A stretch of 64,000 nt of DNA. Source: the human T2T-CHM13v2.0 reference genome, Homo sapiens. The stretch is taken from the NCBI RefSeq assembly GCF_009914755.1, contig NC_060931.1. One strand, given 5' to 3'. The number at the start of each line of letters is the position of its first letter. Position 1 is the stretch's first letter. The translations under genes were made by a program, and so were the position numbers. Shown here piece after piece: positions 1 through 14,300 of the stretch. Below the pieces are notes generated by a model. It saw only the letters and a list, made by a program, of their open reading frames with translations. It did not search any database and was not told the DNA's origin.

Positions 1-729
1 GCTGCAAGATCTGGAAACAAGGTGGGCCATGAGGTAAATACCAATGAAAAAAAGAAAAAAAAAAAAGGATGATGTACAGTTAAGCAGAGCAGCCAGCCCC
101 ATCCTTCCTCCTCCCCGGCCTCAGTGAGGTCTACTGCTAAATAAAGCAGTTGAGGGTTTGCCACGAGCTCCTCACATGGGTTGCACTTCTGACTACATTC
201 TGGCTGCCACACCCAGCAGGGAGGGAAGAAAGGCTGAGCAACAGAGTGAAAATCACACACAAGCTCAGCCTCCATGCTCTGTAACTCATTCCTTCCTTCC
301 CAGGGTATGACAGCTCCAACTGGGGTTGGATCCTTGCATCCTTGGATCCTACCGGCAGAGGCCGTTGAGAAAGCAGTTGACAAGGAGCACCAAAAAGACT
401 TCAGAGACTTCAATGCCCTCAGATACCTCACCATCACATTGGTCCCTAAGCTTCACTACTTAAAGAAGGACTTGTACATGGAGACCTGAGTTTAGGGGTG
501 CCACATTCCAAATGTTTTCCAGTGATGCTTTAACACCTCTTAAAAAATGGTGCCCATCTTTCTATGTCTGGTTGGTCTGTCCCCTTAATGTGGCTCTCAC
601 TGGGTGGCACCTCACTGTGCTGTCTACATACTAACTACAGACATGATATAATAATTTAAAGATGATTTTAAAAGCTAATAGTGATATAAATGTACATTCT
701 TCCCATCATGGAATACTGAACACATCAAG

Positions 730-880
730 CCTGTTCCTGCTATAGGGACCTTTGATCAAGCTATTTCTCCTGCTTGGAAAGCTCTTCCCTCAAGCTTCAC
801 AAGGCTGGGTTCCCATCATTCTCCTTTTATCTCAAATGTTGCCTCCTTAGAGGAGTCTTCTTTAACCACCCCAATCTAAA
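730..880 (+). mobile_element. L2 LINE 3' fragment
   Basis: Degenerate match to the L2 3' region (gggacctttg...gctatttctcctgcttggaaagctcttcc...ctcaaatgttgcctcc). Confidence 0.55.
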
Positions 881-919
881 TTCATCATCCCCCACTCCAA
901 GTGCCTCTCTGGTGTGCAG

Positions 920-1060
920 CCCTCACCAGACAACTGAACCTGCAGATTCCTTGGTCATGGACTTTCCAGCCTCTAGAACTGTAAGAAAATACATTTCTAG
1001 TTTTTACAAATCACCCAGTCTCAAGTATTCTGTTTCAGCAGCACAAAATAAAGTAAGACA
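920..1060 (+). mobile_element. MaLR LTR 3' fragment (MLT1/MST-like)
   Basis: ggactttccagcctctagaactgtaagaaaatacatttct...cacccagtctcaagtattctg...taagaca is a typical MaLR LTR 3' end. Confidence 0.7.
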
Positions 1061-1103
1061 CTGTTACATATTTCATTGTCCATTAACAGTTGTGGGGTTT
1101 TTT

Positions 1104-1145
1104 TGTGTGTGTGCATGTGTGTGTGTGTGTGTATGTGTGTGTGTG
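1104..1145. repeat. (TG)n microsatellite, imperfect
   Basis: Visible TG run. Confidence 0.9.
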
Positions 1146-1162
1146 GGTGTTTTCATAGTATG

Positions 1163-1470
1163 GGCCTGGTGCCGTGGCTCATGCCTATAGTCCCAGCACT
1201 TTGGGAGGCCGAGGCAGGTGGATCACTTGAGGCCAGGAGTTTGAGACCGGCCTGGCCAACATGCTGTAACCCTGTCTCTACTAAAAATACAAAAATTAGC
1301 CAGGCGTGGTGGTGCATACCTGTAATTCCAGCTATTCAGGAAGCAGAGGCATGAGAATCGCTTGAACTCAGGAGGCAGAGTTTGCAGTGAACCAAGATCA
1401 CGCCACTGCACTCCAGCCTGAGTGACAGAGTGGGATTGTCTAAAAAAAAAATTAAAATAAATAAAATAAA
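1163..1470 (+). mobile_element. Alu SINE
   Basis: Dimeric Alu with A-rich tail; target-site duplication (TSD) atagtatg on both sides. Confidence 0.95.
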
Positions 1471-3891
1471 ATAGTATGCACTGAAGAGCATTGCCCCACA
1501 ATTCATCTCAACATTACTAGATTAAATGATTTAAATTATTTGATGAGCTCATGTTTAATTTTAAAATTATAATGAATTATTAGCCTTTTGATAATATTTA
1601 ATGTTCATTAATGAAATTTCAAACTCCACAACCCATTTTATTAACATAGCATGCATATTTCCTAATAAAACAAAGCTGTGAAGCATTCATTACCTACTAA
1701 AAATTACACAGTGGGACCGTTATAACTTATGTCTCATCTTCTCTCCTTTCAACTGGAAAAGTCCTGGAACATTTATCACGGGGAATAAGTAAGAAAGGAA
1801 GGGAGAAAATGAGTCACCTTCTATTCCTGCTAGCAAATTCTATTTGGCTTCTTCCACCACCACCTCCTGTCCATCCTTCTGGTGCAAAAGACCAGAGAAA
1901 TTGGGGGACAGTAACAAGATAGTTGAAGGAGGTTACCAGAAGTTGCATCAGATGAAATAATCGGGAGAAAGAATTTGTAAAACGACACTTCCCAGTAAGA
2001 TTCCCCACAAACGTAAACCCAGTCATTTGGGTCATTTGTGACTTTGATTGGCATATTCAAATTGTGCCAATCATTTGGCACAATTGTGATTGGCAGTCAT
2101 TTGTGAGTTTCAGCATGAAACAGTGACAAGAATCTAGTCACCTCTGCAACAGAACATCCAGTAACTGACATTGACTGTCATCTCGGCAACACTATGACCT
2201 CATTACATACCTTTCTTTAGAAAGTTTACTGTCTCTTTTTAGATTCTCTTGGATTTTCAGTTAAAAACATCAAAGATAGTTTTATGTAATAAGCCAGATG
2301 ACTGTGTTTTCCTCCTTCTTTTCTATCCATTTTCCCCTAAACAACTTAGATTTTCTCAATATTCTTAATCAGAGTTGAGATGCTTACCAATACACATTAC
2401 CAGAATTCTTAACATACAAAGCCAATTTTCTTCTTTCTTTGCTTCCCCAAATATTTGACTTCAGAGCATTTAGAAATAAATGCAGAGGGTAGAAAAATGC
2501 CTTTTACTTCATGTTTGTTATTCCTATGTCAAGAATACCTATTGTGATAGTTTTATTCAAATAGGAGGCACACTTCCCTTCTATGAGTTCCATGTGAAAG
2601 AAGTTCCCAGGGTTAGGAAGAAACAATACACAATGCCAGTACTTCCCAAAGGATAAGAGCCCCATGGAAACCCAAATATATTTTTCATAGAATTTGTTTA
2701 TTTAACTTATCCTGACTACCCTATCTAATATAGCACCCCTTCATTCTCTGTTCCCCTGTACTGCTTCCTATTCTTCATAGCATGGATCATCATGCTATTA
2801 TTATGTTATTCATATATTAGCTTACTTATTATATTAACCATCTCTCCCACTAGCATGAAAGCCCTACTGGTTTATACTCCACCGAATCCCCAGGGCTTTG
2901 AACACTGTTCAACATACGGTGGGTGCTCAATATATTGTTTGAATACAGCGGACACCATCAATGCTTCTTCCCGATCCCATCACCTCTGTTACCCTTGTAT
3001 TGTTTCTGCGTATCCCTTTCTGTGCTTTTGGTTCCAATGGCCCCACACATCCAATTCATCTTTGGAGCACTGCTCTGGGGCTCCTGGAGCTGTTTTGCCA
3101 CCTCGTGCAGGAGATGGAAGTGACAGCGTTTATATCTCCCTTGGGCAGCCTGCAGCCAATGACTGCATCGTGGGAGTACAATTTCCTGCTCAGTTTCCTA
3201 TGAGTCCTCAGCCCAGGTTCTGCTCTGAGGAGCCTGACCCAAACAAGACATTGAGTGTTTGAATGAGTGCACTATACAATTTCATACAAACTCAAATTAT
3301 TCCTTGAAAATGTCACAATAACAAAAAATTTTAACTACATTTCTCTTGATTATATTCAAAACAGTAATGGATAGAGATTTGCCACCTGAATCTATGGTAA
3401 AACTAATCACCCAGAGAGCACTGTGGGAAGAGCTTAGCTTCAAAAGTAATTTCAAAAACAATAATTATAAACCATTGGAAAAAAGAAATAACTGAGTCAG
3501 TTCCCATTAGCCATCCAGAATTAAACTTCTTTGAATTAAGGCTATGATTTGAAAAGCCTTGCTCTTTTAACAACCATGGAACTATAACAAAGAAAAATTA
3601 AAAATGCATTTGCTTTTAATGCCACCTGCTCCTCATAACTCTCTGCTAATATCTTCATTTCTCAGTCAAAATGCAGGTAAAATAAATTTACTTTGCATTC
3701 CTCAGAATATCATTAGCAAAAATGCATGCATACTTGCACATCTAATTTTGATTAAATTGTGCTTCATCTAACTGCCAGGTCTACTTCTTCAAATGCCCTT
3801 TATTTAGCTTGCACTGTCTCCCACAGTCCATTTTCCTCTACTCAAGTGGCAAGATAGGACACAAGGTCAAAGGTCAAATCCCAATCATAAC

Positions 3892-4098
3892 TGTGATGGC
3901 TAATTTTAGGTGTAAACTTGACTGAATTGAAGAATACCTAGAGAACTGGTAAAGCATTATCTCTGAGTGTGTCTGTGAGGGTGTTTCCAAAGGAGATTGG
4001 CATGTGAGTTGGTAGAGTGAGTGGGAAAGATCTACCCTTAATGTGGCTGGGCACCATCCAATCAGCTGGGTGCCTGGATAGAACACAAAGGCAGAAAA

Positions 4099-4143
<45 letters not shown>

Positions 4144-4553
4144 ATTCTCACTCCCTGCAAATGGGACATTCTTGTTCTCCTGCCCTTGGACTGCTCTATG
4201 TTCTCTGGCTCTTGTTCTGCTGCCCTTGGACTGCTCTATGTTCTCCGGCATTTGAACTCTGGGACTTACACCAGAGCCTTCTGCCTCAGGCTGAGAATTA
4301 CATCATCAGCTTCCTTGGTTCTGAGGCTTTTGGACTTGGACTGAGCAATGATTTGGTTATCCCAGGGTCTCTAGCTTGTGGGTAGCCCTTGGTAGGACTT
4401 CTTAGCCTCCATAATAGCATGAGTTAATTCCCCAAATAAGTCCCTTCTTATATATCTCTATCTCTATATTTACCTCTATCTATCTATCTACCTACCTATC
4501 TATGTACATACATCCTACTTGTTCTCTCTCTCTGGACAATCCTGACTAATACA
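3892..4553 (+). mobile_element. 5' LTR of ERV-L provirus (MLT2B-like)
   Basis: Starts tgtgatggctaattttaggtgtaaacttgactg and ends cctgactaataca; internal (CT)n; followed by gatattggtacc (degenerate tRNA-Leu PBS). Homologous to 13726-14300. Confidence 0.9.
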
Positions 4554-6130
4554 GATATTGGTACCATGGGAGGTTCTGGAGGAAGAGAATTTTAAGGGTG
4601 AGTTTCCTTTATTGGTTTGGGGTTTTCTGGAATTGGCTTTCTGATTTGATTCAACCTAAAAATCCTACAAACTCCACTTCTAGTAGTACAGAGAGCATTG
4701 GATAGTCCATGGCACGAACTGTTTATAGAGATACACAAAATATCTACATTTGATACTTTTAATCAACCACTTATAAGACACATGGAACTTGGTAACTCTC
4801 TATATCATACTTTCAAACATTTGTGAAAAACCAAGGAATATAATGAGGATGGTTGGCTGCTTCTAATGTCACTGGACACAGTAATGTAAGAAAAACATGA
4901 GCTCAGGGATTCAAATTTCTAGCTCCAGCTCCACATAAATAGCCTAAGAGCTTCTAAGTGTGCCCTAAGGTAACATCTTCTCTCCTGTAGCCACAGGCCT
5001 GAAATTGCTGAAAATCAAACACAAGCCATTGTCAGGTGACTGGCTGAATTACAACAAAAGTTGAACTCTCAGTCTCATAGTGAGGGCATTGCTTGCACAA
5101 GAATGGGATCCTGTAAGTAGAAATTTGTGGGAAGACCCTGATAAAGCTGGGACATTGAGCTCCTAAATTCTGATGAGTCTTGTTTGCCAGCAAAAGTGGC
5201 CTCCCTACCCCCACCCCCAGTGGCACCAGCATCTGGTGCCAGTTCACAGTGACATGGCCTTTCCACCTGTGTCTTCAAGGTTTGACTCTGCATAGCCTGA
5301 GAAAACGGTAATGGCCTCTGCTGAGGCAATTGCTAAGCAAGACAATGTTGATTCACCCCCCTTCCCCACCCCTCTTTGCTTCTAGACTATATCTGGACTC
5401 AAGTCCCAGCAGGCCCTAAGAGGGACAAAGTGTGACCCATGAGGAGGTGCACCACACTCCAAAAGAACTACTTGAGTTTTCTCATTTATGAGAGCAGATA
5501 TCCAGGGAATATGTATAGAAATGGATATTAAGGATGTGCGGTAATGGTGGAAGGAACATAAAGTTGGATCAGGCCAAAGTTATTAATATAGGCCCACTAA
5601 GCAGAGATTGTGCATTGCATGCTACAGTTAGAGGAGTTAGGAAAGGTGCTAGCAGTTTGGTTGATTGGTTGGCTGTGAAGGAAACCAGAATATTTCACCC
5701 CAAAATATACCTTCTTGACAAAAATATCTTTAAGCCAGAGGCAACTGGAAAGCAACAGTTGCAGAAAGAGCCATCTGAGCTGCTCTTTCTTACCTTTGGC
5801 AGGCCATAAAATTCCAGGGAAAAGGATACAGGGGGTCTTCTGCCTCCCCTTTCTACCTAAAGACAGAGATATTAATTCTCTCTTGCTTATCAGCTCACTG
5901 GTACCGGCAGGGCCAGAGGATTCTGGGAACAAACTTGACTATTGTCTCATAGTTTTCTCATCTTTTGGGAAAAGTTGCTTATTCCTTTGTCTTGTTGTTT
6001 CTAAATTTATTGTTCTTTATTAGATATGCTATCTAAGCTGGGACCCTAAGCCACCATCTGAGAGACACTTTTGAACTGATATTTCCCCTGCATAATGCAC
6101 ACTGCATGCTTAAATTAAAATGCTTGGTTT

Positions 6131-6825
<695 letters not shown>

Positions 6826-7134
6826 CTACAAACTTATGAGGGTTGAGAAAAGAAATTATATTTTCTCCTCTTCACCTGAAACTTGGATCAAAAGATGACT
6901 CATGAGGCCAAGCTGGAGATCCCCCATCTCCCTTGGGTTAATGTAGAGGAAAGGATTAAAAGGAGATTGGAATGCTAGAATGGATTTGTCACTTAAAACC
7001 TACTAACCCACACTGGGAGGGTCCAGAAGTCATAACTTTCACCAAATACTTTGAGAAATAGATGTGTGGGGGAGCCCCAGCATCCCTGAACAGTGCTATG
7101 ATTGTGCTTTTCTGTAGGTTGGACCTTAGAGTGG

Positions 7135-7848
7135 AGACCTGGATAGAGCACCCTTGACATAGCTAATTCTATCTTAGAAAAAGGCTTCATTTTATATTTC
7201 ACAGGGCACTTTGCATACAAGGATAAGATGTTTTGTTTAATAAACAAATAAAAAATAAAGACCACATCCAGTGAGATAAAGACACAAAAAAGCACACCCT
7301 TCCACCGTCAGTTCTCATCATCAGAAGACTCTATGACTGTAAAAGATCAGGCCTTCAGCAGCTCCAAATGGCTGCCTTAATGACACTGTCTTGCAGTCAC
7401 TTACAATAAGAACTTGGTGTCTGCAGCCAAAAGCTCTGCCACCTCAAGGACTTGCAAGGCTGACAGACCATCTGGCTCAAACCAGGATTCCTTTTGTCTT
7501 CTTAGCCCTCCCTGGACTGGCTTATTAACACTTTCTCCTGTACTTTTTCCTCTTGATTTTAAATGTGACTTTGTTATGGAATGTTTAACCTGTAACATTT
7601 ATATATTGATTAAGTATACTATTATGTATGGTTTGCAATATTGATTGACTTGTGGAATGTCTTGAGCCTGTGTGCCTGAAGCTCTGACCACTGAGTAAGC
7701 AGGAAGTACTAAAGGGGATTGTTTCCTTGGGAACTCCATGCAGCTTCTGGCTTTTGTGATTGGAACAGTATCAACAAAAGCCTGACAGTGTGGAAAGACA
7801 CAACCACACATGGACCTGGTTATTTCTAACCTTGCACCAATCATGACA
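7135..7848 (+). mobile_element. Second solo LTR inserted in ERV-L gag (family uncertain, possibly LTR47-like)
   Basis: ~710 bp block interrupting ERV-L between ccttagagtgg and gaattgcagtcactcaattgg; LTR-like 3' end ...catgaca. Left boundary approximate; no clean TSD. Confidence 0.55.
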
Positions 7849-10692
7849 GAATTGCAGTCACTCAATTGGAAAACTTAAATGCAATGGGTATCATTGAAAC
7901 CTGGTGTGGCAGGGGCTAAGTGGTGGCACTCATCTATCAAAGGCAAGGTGTGTATAGTTACCATCTTAGACAGCTGAGGCACAGCAACAATCAGAATAGT
8001 GTGACTTGTGTAAATCCAGGGTGTTGGCTAGCTAACCATGGTGTTCCTAAAAGTAAAATAGATAGGAAGCCTACTAAGTTCTTACTTGATCTGTATAAAC
8101 AGAAAACTATCAGGTCAAGTGAACAAAGGTTTAATTTGAAACATAAAAACAGAGAATCATTCCCTCTCAATCAATTCCTAGACTTGAGCCAGTTCACAGA
8201 CCCAGAAATACTTGAATGAAGGGGAGGCCAGGTTCTGTCCAGGAAGTACCCTGGTACACTACTGAAAATTTACACTATTAAACTTTCTCCCATCCTTCCC
8301 CAAAGGGACCTACGGCCTTTTACCAGCATAACTGTGCACTGGGGAAAAGGAAGTACAGATCTTTCAGGACTACTGAACACTGCCTCTGAATTGACATTGA
8401 TTCCAGGAGACCCAAAAAGTCACTGCGGCCCACAAGTCACAGCAAGGGCTTATAGAGGTTAGGTTAGCAATGGAGCTTTGGCTCAGGTCTGACTCACAAT
8501 AGGTCTGGTGGGTCTGTGAACCCATCATGTGGTTATTTCCTCAGTTCCAGAATGTATGATTGGAACAGACGTTCTTGCCAGCTGGCAGAATCCCCATATT
8601 CCTTAACCTGTGGAATGAGGGCTATTATGGTGAGAAAGGCCAAATCAAAGCCATTAGAGCTGCCCCTACCTAGGAAAATAGTAAATCAAAATCCATTGAT
8701 TGCGTCCCTGAAGGGATTGCAGAGATTAGTGCCACCATCAAGGACATGAAAGATGCAGGGGTGGAGATTCCTACCACATCCCCATTCAACTTTTCTATCT
8801 GGTCTGTGCAGAAGACAGAAGACAAATGGACTCTGGAGAATGACAGTGAATTATTGTAGTTTTAACCCAGTGATGACTCCAATTGCAGCTGCTATATGAG
8901 ATGTGGTTTCATTGTTTAAGCAAATTAACACAACTCCTGGTACCTGGTATATAGCTGTTGATGTGGAGAATGGCTTTTTCTCCAACCCTGTCCATAAGGC
9001 CCACCAGAAGCAGTTTGCTTTCATCTGGCAAGGTCAGCAATACACCTTTACTGTCCTACCTCAGAATTATATCAACTACCCATCTCTATGTCACAATTTA
9101 GTTCACTGGGATCTTGATCACCTTTCCCATCCACAAGATATCATTCTGGCCCATTATATTATGCTGATTGGACCTAGTGAGCATGAAGTAGCAAGCACTC
9201 TGGACTTACTGGTGAGGCATTTTGTGTGTCAGAGGGTGGAAAATAAATCCAACCAAACTTCAGGGCCTTCTAGCTCCATGAAATTTCTATGGGTCCAGCA
9301 GTGTGCGGCATGTTGAGATATCCCTTCCAAGGTGATGAATAAGGTGTTCCATCTGGCCCCTCCTACAACCAAGAAAGAGGCACCATACCTAGTAGGCCTC
9401 TTTGGATTTTGAAGGCAACGTGTTCCTCCTTTTGGTGTGTTACTCTAGCCCATCTACCAAGTGACCTGGAAAGCTGCTAGTTTTGAATGGGGCCCAGAAC
9501 AGGATAAGGCAGAGGCAACAGGTCCAGGCTGCTGTGCAAGCTACTCTGCCATTTGGGCCATATGACCCAGCAGATCCAATGGTGCTGGAGGGGTCAGTGG
9601 CAGATAAGGATGCTGTTTGAAGCCTTTCATTGGTCCCCATAGATAAATTGCAGCAAAGGCCCTTAGGATTTTGGGAGCAAGGCCTTGCCATCATCCACAA
9701 ATAATGACCCTTCTTTTGAGAGGCAGTCTTGGCCTGCTACTAGGCCTTAGTAGAAACTGAACATTTGACCATGGGCCACCAAGTAACTATGCAACCTGAG
9801 CTGACCATCATTAACTAGGTGTTAACTGACCCACCAAGCCATAACGTTGGGCATACACAGCAGCCCTCTATCATCAAATGGAAGTGATATACACATAACT
9901 GGGCCCAAGCAGGTTCTGAAGCACAAGTAAGTTACACAAAGTGACCCAAATGTCCCTGGTTCCAACTACACTGCCTCAGCCTGCACCAATGGCCCCATGG
10001 GGAGTATCCTATGATCAATTGATAGAGGTCCCAGTTTACAGGTGGTTCTGCATAATATGCAGGCACCATCCAAAAGTGGACAGTTTCAGCAATACCATCC
10101 CTTTGTGGGACATCTTTAGAGGATAGCGGTGAAGAGAAATCTCAGTGTGTAGAACTTTGGACAGTGCACCACGTTGTACACTTTGCTTGGATGGAGAAAT
10201 GGCCAGATGTGGAATTATATACCAATTCATGAACTGTAACCAATGGTTTGGCCAGATGGTCAGAGAATTGAAAGAAACATAATTGGAAAATTGGTGACAA
10301 AGAAATTTGGGGAAGAGATATGTGGATGGACCTGAGTGGGAAAAAGATGTGAAGATGATTATGTCCTTTGCCAATGCTCACCAAAGTGTGATCTCAGCAG
10401 AGGAGGACTAATAATCAAGGAGATGGGATGACCCATTCTGTGGATACTAGTCACCCTCTTTCCCCAGCTACCCCTACCATCATCCAATGGACTCAAGAAT
10501 AAATTGCCCAGCGTGGCAGAGATGGAAGTCATGTATGAGTTCAGCAACATAGACCTCCACTTAGCAAAGCTGACCTGGCTACAGTCACCTCTGAGGGCTC
10601 AATCTGCCAGCAGCCAAGACCCACACTGAGCCCTTGATACAGTATCATTGGCTTCGGTGGATCAGCCAGCTACCTTGTGGCAGGTTGATTAC

Positions 10693-12074
10693 TCCAATCT
10701 CTGGAAACACCCTGACATACCCAGAAATAATGCTTTACCACTTCTCCAGGTATTCCTCAATCCAGTCAACATGACACCTAAAATTAATGATGACAAGTCC
10801 ACCTCTTGTCTGTACTTAATCTACACACCTACACACCTCTCTGTAAACTGAACTTAATCTCCAAGTAAAGACAATAACAAGGTAATAGACCCACCTAACC
10901 TGATACAATTATCCTGCATACAATAAAAAACTAATCCCTTACCCAGAAGATGGGGTAAAGTCCTTGAATGATATTTACTTGTCTCCTGATATTTCATAAC
11001 TTAAATACTATGATGTAAAATTAACAATACTTAAATACTGATATAAAGTGAATATATCTTTTTTTTTTTTGAGACAGAGTCTTGCTGTGTTGCCCAGGCC
11101 AGAGTGCAATGGCATGATCTCAGCTAACTGCAACCTCCACTTCCTGAGTTCAAGTGATTCTCGTGCCTCAGCCTCCTGAGAAGCTGAGATTACAGGTACG
11201 TGCTACCACGCTAATTTTTTGTATTTTTAGTAGAGATGGGGTTCCATCACTTTGGCCAGGCTGGTCTCCAACTCCTGGCCTCAAGTGATCTGCCCACCTC
11301 AGCCTCCCGAAGTGCTGGAATAACAGGCGTGAGCCACTGTGCCAGGTCCCTAAAGTCAATATATCTTATGTTAAATGATTAAGAGAGGAATGAAAACAAA
11401 GATATTTGTTTAATATATGTGTGTATACACACACACGCACACACACACACACACACAAATGTATTCTGAACAAAATACGGAGAAAATACTGATGACAATT
11501 ACAGTCCTCATTTCTGTAACTGGTCACACAGTCATAACTGGTATTTATAACTACTTTCTTCCAATATCCATTCTGTATTCTCTTTGCCCTCAGCAAGCAC
11601 CTCAGCTAGTCACGGTTCTTTACCTGGTGGGGTGAACCTTCATTTCTGAAGGGTCTGGGTCAATTGTAGTCCTGCTTGGATTAGGTTGTTGTAATTTTCC
11701 ATTGACTTTAATCACAGAGTTTGGTGATACTAAGAGATGCCCTAAGGGATCTTCTGTATTCCAGACATACTCTCCCTTAACCCCAATGTGGAGTACTCAT
11801 CCAGTTTCCCCTTGGTAGTCTGGATCAATTTCCCCAGCCAACACAGTAACTCCTTTGTTTGCCTGTTGACTCACAGGCATGAGGAGCCCAAAGTGACTGG
11901 GTGGCAGTCTTAACTTCCAGTTGAATGGAATCATTGTTGTGTCTCCTGGTGGCAGCACTCTTCTCTGATGCTAAGACTTGTAGGCCAGCAGAGCATAAAG
12001 TCACAGAAACAGGAAACAACATTTTTCTAGTGGGTCAATAGGGATAATGGCAAATGGTGCCACTCCCACTTCCA
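10693..12074 (-). repeat. Inverted duplicate of ERV-L 3' region (12491-13834)
   Basis: Reverse complement of 12491-13834 apart from different Alu insertions, e.g. cattgactttaatcacag at 11700 versus ctgtgattaaagtcaatg at 12843. Confidence 0.93.
11059..11349 (-). mobile_element. Alu SINE
   Basis: Poly-T followed by reverse Alu; TSD taaagtgaatatatctt/taaagtcaatatatctt. Confidence 0.95.
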
Positions 12075-13283
12075 TCATAGGATGGGCAACATTTCGTTCT
12101 TACCGGCACTTACTCTGGATATAGATTTGCCTTCCTTGTATGCAATGCTTCTGCCAAAACGACCATCTGTGGACTTACAGAATGTTTATCCATTATCTTG
12201 GCATTCCACACAGCATTGCTTCTGACCAAGGAACTCACTTCCCAACCAAAAATGTGCAGCAATGGGCTCATGCTCACGGAGTTCACTGACCTTACCAAGG
12301 TCCCCATTGTCCTGAAGCAACTGGCTTGATGAATGGCATTTTGAGTCACAGTTACAGCATCAACTAGGTGATAATACTTTACAGGGCTGGGATGAGGTTC
12401 TCCAGAAAGCTATATATCCTTTGAACCAGTGTCCAATATATGGTACTGTTTCTCTTATAGCCAAGATTCACAGTTCCAGGAATCAAGGGGTATAAATGGG
12501 AGTGGCACCACTCACCCTTATCCTTAGTGACCCAGTAGCAAAATGTTGTTTCCTGTTTCTGTGACTTTATGCTCTGCTGGCCTACAAGTCTTAGCATCAG
12601 AGAAGAGCGCTGCCATAGGAGACATAACGATGACTCCATTCAACTGGAAGTTAAGACTGCCACCCACTTTGGGCTTCTCATGCCTATGAGTCAACGGGCA
12701 AACAAGGGAGTTACTGTGGTGGCTGGGGAAATTGATCCAGACTACTAAGGGGAAACTGGATGAGTACTCCACATTGGGGTTTAGGGAGAGTATGTCTGGA
12801 ATACGGAAGATCCCTTAGGGCATCTCTTAGTACTACCAAACCCTGTGATTAAAGTCAATGAGAAATTACAACAACCCAATCCAAGCAGGACTACAATTGA
12901 CCCAGACCCTTCAGGAATGAAGGTTCACCCCACCAGGTAAAGAACCATGACCAGATGAGGTGCATGTTGAAGGCAAAGGGAATACAGAATGGATATTGGA
13001 AGAAAGTAGTTATAAATACCAGTTATGATCATGTGACCAGTTACAGAAATGAGGACTGTAATTGTCATATTTCTCCCTATTTTGTTAAGAATGCATTTGT
13101 ATTTATATATACATATATTAAACAAGTATCTTTGTTTTCATTCCTCTGAATCATTTAACTTAAGATATATTGACTTTATATCAGTATTTAAGTATTGTTA
13201 ATAATACATCATAGTATTTAAGTGATGGGATATCAGGAGACAAGTAAACATCATTCAAGGACTTTACCTCCTCTTCTGGGTAA

Positions 13284-13631
<348 letters not shown>

Positions 13632-13725
13632 TAGGTAGGACTATTACCTTGTTATTGTCTTTATTTGGAGACTAAGTACAGTTTACAGAGACGTGTGTGG
13701 GTGCCAAGTTGACAAGCAGTGGACT

Positions 13726-14300
13726 TGTGATAGTTAATTTTAGGTGTCAACTTGACTGGATTCAGGAATACCTGGAGAACTGGTAAAGCTTTATTTCTGG
13801 GTGTGTCTATGAGGTGTTTCCAGAGGAGATTGGTGTGTAAGTCAGTGGAGTGAGTGGGAAAGATCCACCTTTGATGTGGCCAGGCACCATCCAATCAGCT
13901 GGGGACCTGGATAGAACAACAACAAAAAAAACGGCAAAGGAAAGATGATTTTCAATCTCTTTCTCTCCTGGAGCTAGGATATTCTCCTTCTGCCCATAGA
14001 CTTTAGAACTCCATGTTCTTCAGCCTGTGGATTCCAGGACTTACACCAGTGGCCTCCTGGGTTCTTAGGACTTTGGGCTTGGACTGGAAATTACACCACT
14101 GGTTTCTGGACTTTTGGACTTGGACTGAACCATGCTATCACCATTCCATGGTCTCCACCAGCTTGCAGGTGGCCTGCAGTGGGACTTCTCAGCCTCTATA
14201 ATAGCATGAGCCAATTCCCCCAGTAACTCCCTGTCTTATATCTATAGCTATAGCTATACCATATTGGTTCTGTTGCTCTGGACAACCCTGACTAATAAAT
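13726..14300 (+). mobile_element. 3' LTR of ERV-L provirus (MLT2B-like)
   Basis: tgtgatagttaattttaggtgtcaacttgactgg...gacaaccctgactaata; homologous to 3892-4553. Confidence 0.9.

Noticed and set aside
2792-3262. 156-aa ORF
   Set aside because: Overlaps degenerate L2/old LTR-like sequence; no domain or splice support.
8903-9316. ERV-L RT ORF as a functional enzyme
   Set aside because: The catalytic YIDD motif is lost (AHYIMLI) and flanks contain stops.
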